This document shows positions 58,422 through 64,000 of a stretch of DNA of 64,000 bases, in pieces. A program made the translations under genes and the position numbers. The stretch is from assembly GCA_964389655.1 (NCBI GenBank), contig CAYMED010000001.1, positions 1-64,000 of the forward strand, given 5' to 3'. This DNA comes from an uncultured Candidatus Poseidoniales archaeon. GTDB taxonomy: Archaea; Thermoplasmatota; Poseidoniia; Poseidoniales; CAYMED01. Each line of letters opens with the position of its first letter. Position 1 is the stretch's first letter. The notes below the pieces were generated by a model. The model did no database searches. It saw nothing but the letters and a program-made list of their open reading frames with translations, and had not been told where the DNA came from.

Positions 58422-59447
58422 ATGAGTTCTGATGTTGTCTCTCAGCATGATCCTAGCGATACAGTTGCAGGCCCAGAGGTGCGGGCTGAAATGGAACAAG
58501 CTTACCAATCCATGCGCCGTAAGATGAGAGTTCAATCACTAGGTGACCGAATAAAGCGTACAATCATGGTTTTATCTGGGAAAGGGGGTGTTGGAAAATC
58601 TACTGTTGCAGTTGGCCTTGCCCTGTCTATGGCTGAACGAGGGATGAAAGTTGGCTTACTAGATATTGATATCACAGGACCTAATGTTCCTAAGATGCTT
58701 GGCATAACTTCAGCCGACCTTTCAGTTGAAGATGGCTTGATTGTACCTGTTTCAGCAACTCGCGGCGTCCGGATGATATCAATGGGCCTTCTCCTTGAGG
58801 AAGAAGATAAACCTGTAGTTTGGCGTGGCCCAATCAAACTTGGAGCCATTCAGCAGTTCATTGGGGATGTTGCTTGGGGGGATTTAGATGCATTGGTAAT
58901 TGATTTCCCCCCTGGTACTAGTGATGAGCCTTTGACAGTGGCACAAACTCTCCCGCACGTGGATGGGATGGTTGTGGTAACAACTCCCCAAGAAGTTGCG
59001 ATCTTGGATAGCCGCCGCGCAGTGAAATTCGCTGAAACTCTCAAAATACCAGTGCTAGGGATTCTAGAAAACATGAGTGGTTATACTATTGAAGGAGTGG
59101 TAAAAACATCTGATGGGGCCTCTCTTTCTAGTGCAGAAGTAAGTATCATGGGCCCTCGCGAGATACCACTGACTACGCAGATAAAAGATGATGGTAGTTG
59201 GTCAATCGAAATAGATCTATTCAAGCAAGGAGGCGGAAAATTAGCTGCTGATGATTTAGGTGTCCCATTTCTTGGCGCACTTCCATTTGACCCTGGTGTG
59301 GTTCGGAGTGGAGATGATGGTGTGCATCGCATCATATCAGACCCGGATGGGAGAACAGCTCTTGCATTTCAGGGTGCAGTATCTTTAATTCTTGAGCACC
59401 TAAATACTGATGCATCAGAAACACGCGAGTCTCCTCAAATATTGTAG
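58422..59447 (+). CDS. Mrp/NBP35 (ApbC) family P-loop ATPase, cysteine-free variant
   Basis: SGKGGVGKST, DIDITGP, VVWRGP, WGDLD.LVIDFPPGTSD, VTTPQ and ENMS. No CxxC. Confidence 0.9.
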   Translation: MSSDVVSQHDPSDTVAGPEVRAEMEQAYQSMRRKMRVQSLGDRIKRTIMVLSGKGGVGKSTVAVGLALSMAERGMKVGLLDIDITGPNVPKMLGITSADLSVEDGLIVPVSATRGVRMISMGLLLEEEDKPVVWRGPIKLGAIQQFIGDVAWGDLDALVIDFPPGTSDEPLTVAQTLPHVDGMVVVTTPQEVAILDSRRAVKFAETLKIPVLGILENMSGYTIEGVVKTSDGASLSSAEVSIMGPREIPLTTQIKDDGSWSIEIDLFKQGGGKLAADDLGVPFLGALPFDPGVVRSGDDGVHRIISDPDGRTALAFQGAVSLILEHLNTDASETRESPQIL

Positions 59448-59455
59448 CAATGGAG

Positions 59456-60139
59456 TTACGAAATACACGCTTTCCAAGCAGTATCAATATCAATCTCAGT
59501 AGCAACAGCGGAAGTAAGGTTTACTTCTGGGCGTGGGCGATTATTGACACCAGGGTTCATTTCGCTGATTATATCTACAGTGGTCTGGCTTGCAGGATCT
59601 GAGACCCGTCCGAATGGCGAGTTTGAATCATTCAGTTCTGCTCCATCCCAATTGGTAGATAGAATCATCCATTGTGAACCTGCTGGCTCATCACTGCCTC
59701 GGATTGTAGTAATTACTCCAGTGTCATGTCCAAATCCAGTGTTATTTTCAGGAGGGATCAGCCAAGTTTCTGAATTTTCTTGGTCGCCAAGGCCATGATA
59801 TGTGATTGCATGCCCGCCAGAACCATCACCATGGGTAAAATCTCCTCCCATTATTGCTCGATTTAGAATAATTTGATGAATTGGGGTTTGGTTATAATAT
59901 CCCGATTTTACAGTTTCTAGAAAATTCAGTGAATGATTGGGTTGTCCGGGGCAAAGATCAACTCGAACGGCTCTTGATGTGCGCCCATCTTCAGAGTCCC
60001 ATTCAAAAATAAGTTCAACACGAAAACCACTTTTTTGCTCATCTTCAGACTCACTATTTGTTGCAGAATCTTTTTGACCACTTAGACAACCCTGTAAAGC
60101 GACTAATAATACCACAAGAGAACAACTATATTTCCGCAT
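59456..60139 (-). CDS. Cyclophilin-fold lipoprotein (degenerate active site)
   Basis: Lipobox LQGC, NF..LV..GYY, GGDFTHGDGSGG, GSQW and PFGRV. Confidence 0.75.
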   Translation of the reverse strand: MRKYSCSLVVLLVALQGCLSGQKDSATNSESEDEQKSGFRVELIFEWDSEDGRTSRAVRVDLCPGQPNHSLNFLETVKSGYYNQTPIHQIILNRAIMGGDFTHGDGSGGHAITYHGLGDQENSETWLIPPENNTGFGHDTGVITTIRGSDEPAGSQWMILSTNWDGAELNDSNSPFGRVSDPASQTTVDIISEMNPGVNNRPRPEVNLTSAVATEIDIDTAWKACIS

Positions 60140-60148
60140 TTTTTCACA

Positions 60149-61315
60149 TCACACATGGATTGACAACATGCGCCTTAATGCCAAAATAGCCTCATCTGCA
60201 GTTTCTTTTTCAACGATTATTTGGTTAGGTATTTTTCCTTCGCAGCATTGCTCAAGTACATCGAGCAAATAAGGAGGCTGAATCATGTACATCGTTGAAC
60301 AGGGGCATATTTTTTCATCTAAGCAGGTGATTTTAGTGTCAGGATATGCTAAATTTAATCTCCGGACCAGATTTATTTCGGTTCCAATGGCAATATTTGA
60401 TCCTGAAGGCTGAGATGCTACAAAACGGCGGATGTATTCAGTTGACCCATAGGCATCAGCCGCTCTGACAACTTCTTTGGTGCATTCCGGATGTACGACA
60501 ACTATGCCATCAGGGTGTAATTTTCGAAAATTTTCAATTTGTTCAACGGTGAAGCGCTTGTGAACAGAACAATATCCATGCCAAAGGATAAGTTTGGGAT
60601 GGATTATACCGCTTCTTTTGTCCTCTTTTTGCCAGTCATTCGGCGTCCAAACAACCATTTCTTCCTCATCAAGACCCATTTCTAATCCCGTGTTTCTGCC
60701 AAGATGCTGATCGGGGAAAAACAATACCTTTCCTTCGCTACCTGCTCGATCAAAGGCCCATTGAAGAACACCACTGGCATTAGATGATGTACAAACAATT
60801 CCTCCGTGAAGTCCAACAAATGATTTCAAATCTGCTGATGAATTCATGTAGGTTACTGGAATCAGAAAAGATTCCCCCGGTGGGGCATGCTCATCAGGGT
60901 TATTTCGGTGAATAGGGTCTCTCAGCCCCGTTGAATCTAGAATGTACTCCCACGCGAGTTCCACGTCTTCTAATACGGCCATATCTGCCATTGAGCATCC
61001 TGCTCGAATATTTGGTAGGATCACAACCTGATCATCACGGGTTAGTATGTCTGCACTCTCTGCCATGAAATGAACTCCACAAAAAACAATCAATTCTGCT
61101 TGAGAATCTTGAGCCATTTGTGCTAGCATGAAGGAATCCCCGGTTTCGTCAGCATGCAAGATGATTTCGTCGCTCTGATAGTGGTGGCCGAGAATCATTA
61201 AGCGGTCGCCAAGGGTCTTCTTGGCAGAAATGATTCGTTGGCAAACGTCTTCTTCGCTTAGTGTCCAATAGTGGTCTAGACGCGTTGATGGGGCCATGGG
61301 TAATGTGAACACCAT
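60149..61315 (-). CDS. nadA: Quinolinate synthase
   Basis: LGHHYQ, FCGVHFMAE, AGCSMADMA, YMNSSA, PDQHLG, CSVH, HPEC and CSTM. Confidence 0.95.
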   Translation of the reverse strand: MVFTLPMAPSTRLDHYWTLSEEDVCQRIISAKKTLGDRLMILGHHYQSDEIILHADETGDSFMLAQMAQDSQAELIVFCGVHFMAESADILTRDDQVVILPNIRAGCSMADMAVLEDVELAWEYILDSTGLRDPIHRNNPDEHAPPGESFLIPVTYMNSSADLKSFVGLHGGIVCTSSNASGVLQWAFDRAGSEGKVLFFPDQHLGRNTGLEMGLDEEEMVVWTPNDWQKEDKRSGIIHPKLILWHGYCSVHKRFTVEQIENFRKLHPDGIVVVHPECTKEVVRAADAYGSTEYIRRFVASQPSGSNIAIGTEINLVRRLNLAYPDTKITCLDEKICPCSTMYMIQPPYLLDVLEQCCEGKIPNQIIVEKETADEAILALRRMLSIHV

Positions 61316-61384
61316 GTCTTATCAAACCGAACCGCAGTGCGCATTCATTTCAAACCATGCCCCTCTCAGAGACGGGGCTAGACT

Positions 61385-62032
61385 GTGTGGGTGGAGCATA
61401 GCCGGGTGCACGAAGGTGCCGAGGCAGTAGTGAGCACTGGTACTTGGATGGGGCTTCCTGCAGTGCTTAAAAAACGTAGAAAACGGGGATGGCGACACCC
61501 TAGTTTGGAAGAATCTCTTACGCGCCGCCGTATTATTGCTGAAGCCCGCATTTTAACTAGGCTTGATGAAAATGAAATTCCAGCTCCAAAAGTACTTGCG
61601 ATTGATTTGCATTCACGCACCCTATTGTTAAGCCGTCTCAAAGGGGTGCCATTCGTTGAATTGATTGATAATGGTCAATCAAACCATCAACATTTCGTAG
61701 ATCTCGGAATGTCAATCAGGAACATCCATAACGCTGGAATTGCGCACGGAGATCTAACGACACACAATATTTGGGTATCAGATGGTAACAGCATGATCAT
61801 AATCGATTTTGGACTTGGAAAAGTAACTTCTGATGTAGAATCATTTGGTACTGACCTTCATGGCTTGTATGAGAGTCTCAGTGCTCGCCACCCGGAGATC
61901 AAATACGCGATGGATTCAGTAATTGAGGGATATTTGGGTGAAACAGGGGTGGCCACTAGAAATAACCCCTCGTCACTTGAAGTAATTAAGCGATTAAACG
62001 TGATTCAAGAAAGAGTTCGCTATCATGGGTAA
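61385..62032 (+). CDS. bud32: KEOPS complex kinase Bud32
   Basis: GAEA, K.R..K.WRHP.L, EAR, HGDLTT.N, IDFGL and RVRY terminus. Confidence 0.9.
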   Translation: MWVEHSRVHEGAEAVVSTGTWMGLPAVLKKRRKRGWRHPSLEESLTRRRIIAEARILTRLDENEIPAPKVLAIDLHSRTLLLSRLKGVPFVELIDNGQSNHQHFVDLGMSIRNIHNAGIAHGDLTTHNIWVSDGNSMIIIDFGLGKVTSDVESFGTDLHGLYESLSARHPEIKYAMDSVIEGYLGETGVATRNNPSSLEVIKRLNVIQERVRYHG

Positions 62033-62036
62033 TGAG

Positions 62037-62432
62037 TCAAGTCCCAATGGTCAATTTGGTCCCGATCATGCCTCCAATCCAAGCAAATGCAATGAAAAGT
62101 ATCGGAGTTATGGCATATGCCACAGTTTCGAATGTAATCCCCTTTTGGCTCATTTCAGAAACTTGCCATGCATATGCGCTCATTGTAGTGAAAGCACCTA
62201 GAAAACCCACCCCTAGGAGCAATACTGTGGCGCTTGTGGCCTCACTATTTCGGTTATTCAAGGCCAGCACTATTCCAAGAGAAAAAGCTCCTGTAGCATT
62301 GGCGATGAATGTTCCAACAGGCCACCGATTTTCATCTAGTGTCTCGCTCAATGCCCAACGAGCTAGTGCACCACCAGCCCCACCTAATGCGACCATGATG
62401 GCAGAAATGAAGTTCATGGTTGAACCATTCAT
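62037..62432 (-). CDS. crcB: Fluoride channel CrcB/Fluc
   Basis: GGAGGALARW, PVGTFIAN and GFLGAFTTMS. Confidence 0.9.
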   Translation of the reverse strand: MNGSTMNFISAIMVALGGAGGALARWALSETLDENRWPVGTFIANATGAFSLGIVLALNNRNSEATSATVLLLGVGFLGAFTTMSAYAWQVSEMSQKGITFETVAYAITPILFIAFAWIGGMIGTKLTIGT

Positions 62433-62490
62433 CTCCTTCGCTTGGCTCTTTTGCCGAGAAACTGAAGACCGATGCCCCGTGTATCACCAC

Positions 62491-63117
62491 GTGGAAATCA
62501 CACGGGTGATAGCCGGCACGAATAACCTAGGCAAAATTAGAGAATTTTCTGATTTTTTCTCAGATTTTCATCTCACAGTAGTTCCTATAGGCCAAATCAT
62601 CCCAAATTTTGCATTTTACGAGCCCCAATTAGATACACTTCAGCCAATTTGTGCATCCAAACTTCAACAAGCAACTGATGCTCTTAGCAAGAAAATCAAC
62701 CCTTCTGATATTCTCCTTGTAGAAGATGCTGGATTATTTATCTCATCATTATCGGATTTTCCAGGTCCATATAGTGCATATTTCTATTCAAAACTGGGTT
62801 GTGAAGGGATCCTCTCCTTGCTCAAAAATGAGAGAGACCGTAGTGCGAGGTTTGAGGCTGTTATTGGAATTGCAATAAATGGAACTCAGTATTTTTTCAA
62901 TGGAGTATGTAATGGGAAAATATCTTCTTATAAAATGGGTCAATTTGGTTTTGGTTTTGACCCAATATTTGTCCCCTCTCTTTCTTCTACAGGACTCACT
63001 TTTGGTGAAGATCCATCCTCAAAGAATGAATATAGTCATCGCACTTTAGCCCTATCTGCTTTGCAAGCATCATGGACTGATTTGGTTCGAGATATTGACC
63101 CTAACTTCATAGCATGA
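62491..63117 (+). CDS. rdgB: Non-canonical purine NTP pyrophosphatase (Ham1/RdgB)
   Basis: TNNLGKIREF, EDAGLFI, FPGPYS, GFGFDPIF and KN..SHR. The 5' part of ORF 62032-63117 is antisense to crcB and is not coding. Confidence 0.9.
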   Translation: MEITRVIAGTNNLGKIREFSDFFSDFHLTVVPIGQIIPNFAFYEPQLDTLQPICASKLQQATDALSKKINPSDILLVEDAGLFISSLSDFPGPYSAYFYSKLGCEGILSLLKNERDRSARFEAVIGIAINGTQYFFNGVCNGKISSYKMGQFGFGFDPIFVPSLSSTGLTFGEDPSSKNEYSHRTLALSALQASWTDLVRDIDPNFIA

Positions 63118-63141
63118 TTCGGTTGGCGGATAACGAGGGTC

Positions 63142-63951
63142 ATGGGAGGCGGTCTGCGGTTAATATGCGGATTCGGCCTAATTGGCAGCGCAGTTGCCTA
63201 CTTTTTGCTGGTAGATCGATTGTCTGATGATGCTGCGTACGGACTTGTCGCATTTTCTATTATTTGCTTTGCAGGTTTGGTGTTGCTGAAAAGCTCACCA
63301 AAGAAAAGGCGCCCCCATCGGAAAACGGCGCGTTCTATCGTAGAAGAAAGCCCTCTTGACATTCCGGCGCCGGTCGTTCTAGATGACGATGGCGATGGGG
63401 CCAGCCGCCTTGCAGACAAGGAAGCCATGATTTCGGGTGGCGGTGTTGAAGAACCCTCTTTGGATGAGGTGGAATCGAATGCTGAGCCAAAAATAATTGA
63501 TGAAGAATTGCTTGATGAGATCGATGCATTAGAATCCGAAGAAGAAAGTCATATTCTTGAAGCAATTGAAGAGCGCCGTCGAATTGACTCTAATGTCCGG
63601 GCCCGCCTTGCAGGAAACCGCCGAGTACGCCTCTCAAAAGTCCGAGCTGGAGAAGCAAAGAGGCGCTTGATGGTGGACTCGCGAGAGGATTTGGTGAAAG
63701 TCATTGAAGAAGATGACGGCCACATTGTTGTCTTTGATGAACCAGAACATCCCCCTCCAGGTGCAGCATATGCTGGCGTTTTAGTTCGTATTAATGATGA
63801 GCACATATTGCGTCTGCGCCGCCCCCTCTCATCGATGATTTTTGAGCGACCAAGAATTCAAATTGAAACTACTGATGACGAAGAGACTGATCAAGAAGAT
63901 TCACGTCTGTCGGATCTAAAGGATGAATTTAATGGCGAAAATGATTCATGA
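63142..63951 (+). CDS. Hypothetical membrane protein with acidic cytoplasmic domain
   Basis: Two N-terminal TM helices followed by a basic patch and D/E- and R-rich helical regions. Confidence 0.7.
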   Translation: MGGGLRLICGFGLIGSAVAYFLLVDRLSDDAAYGLVAFSIICFAGLVLLKSSPKKRRPHRKTARSIVEESPLDIPAPVVLDDDGDGASRLADKEAMISGGGVEEPSLDEVESNAEPKIIDEELLDEIDALESEEESHILEAIEERRRIDSNVRARLAGNRRVRLSKVRAGEAKRRLMVDSREDLVKVIEEDDGHIVVFDEPEHPPPGAAYAGVLVRINDEHILRLRRPLSSMIFERPRIQIETTDDEETDQEDSRLSDLKDEFNGENDS

Positions 63952-64000
63952 ACCAGTCCATTCAGGTTTAGTTCGCTCAAGAAAGGCAGTAACTCCGATC

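Noticed and set aside
62032-62490. Apparent N-terminal extension or fusion on the Ham1/RdgB ORF (361 aa)
   Set aside because: It is the antisense shadow of crcB; the Ham1 motifs start only after ~62491.
1-64000. CRISPR arrays, rRNA, IS elements, defence islands
   Set aside because: No regularly spaced repeats, rRNA-like sequence or transposase/nuclease motifs were seen, and intergenic spaces are all under about 230 bp.

Overview
Gene-dense archaeal chromosomal segment. The archaeal assignment rests on FEN1, aIF5B, rpl7ae-rps28e-rpl24e, Alba, Bud32, a group II chaperonin and deoxyhypusine synthase. The mix of these with bacterial-type UvrB, DnaK, bifunctional RibD, liu genes and large secreted Ig/CARDB proteins suggests marine Thermoplasmatota (Poseidoniia, MGII/MGIII), which is an inference. 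The window holds about 52 CDS and 4 intron-less tRNAs (Arg-TCG, Ser-TGA, Ile-GAT, Gly-GCC). I found no rRNA, CRISPR array, transposase or integrase. Most genes are housekeeping, but five loci stand out. (1) A 1706-aa surface protein has an integrin-like architecture: a 7-blade propeller with an inserted MIDAS vWA domain, Ig-like legs, one TM helix and a short tail; it sits head-to-head with a secreted CxxC protein. (2) The A1-type heme-copper oxidase subunit I carries an exported Reeler/choice-of-anchor-V-like domain with a CxCH motif, and a CcmF heme lyase lies in the same window. (3) An Mrp/NBP35 ATPase has no cysteine, and its Fe-S-binding CxxC is replaced by a beta-rich insert. (4) A parA - RHH - degenerate PIN cassette converges on a giant coiled-coil/Pro-rich protein. 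(5) A thermosome-like subunit with degenerate ATPase motifs is divergent from hsp20-like/dnaK. dnaK and uvrB each carry a +1 frameshift at a poly-G tract, most likely a sequencing artefact. All family assignments come from motif recognition by eye; no database searches were run.
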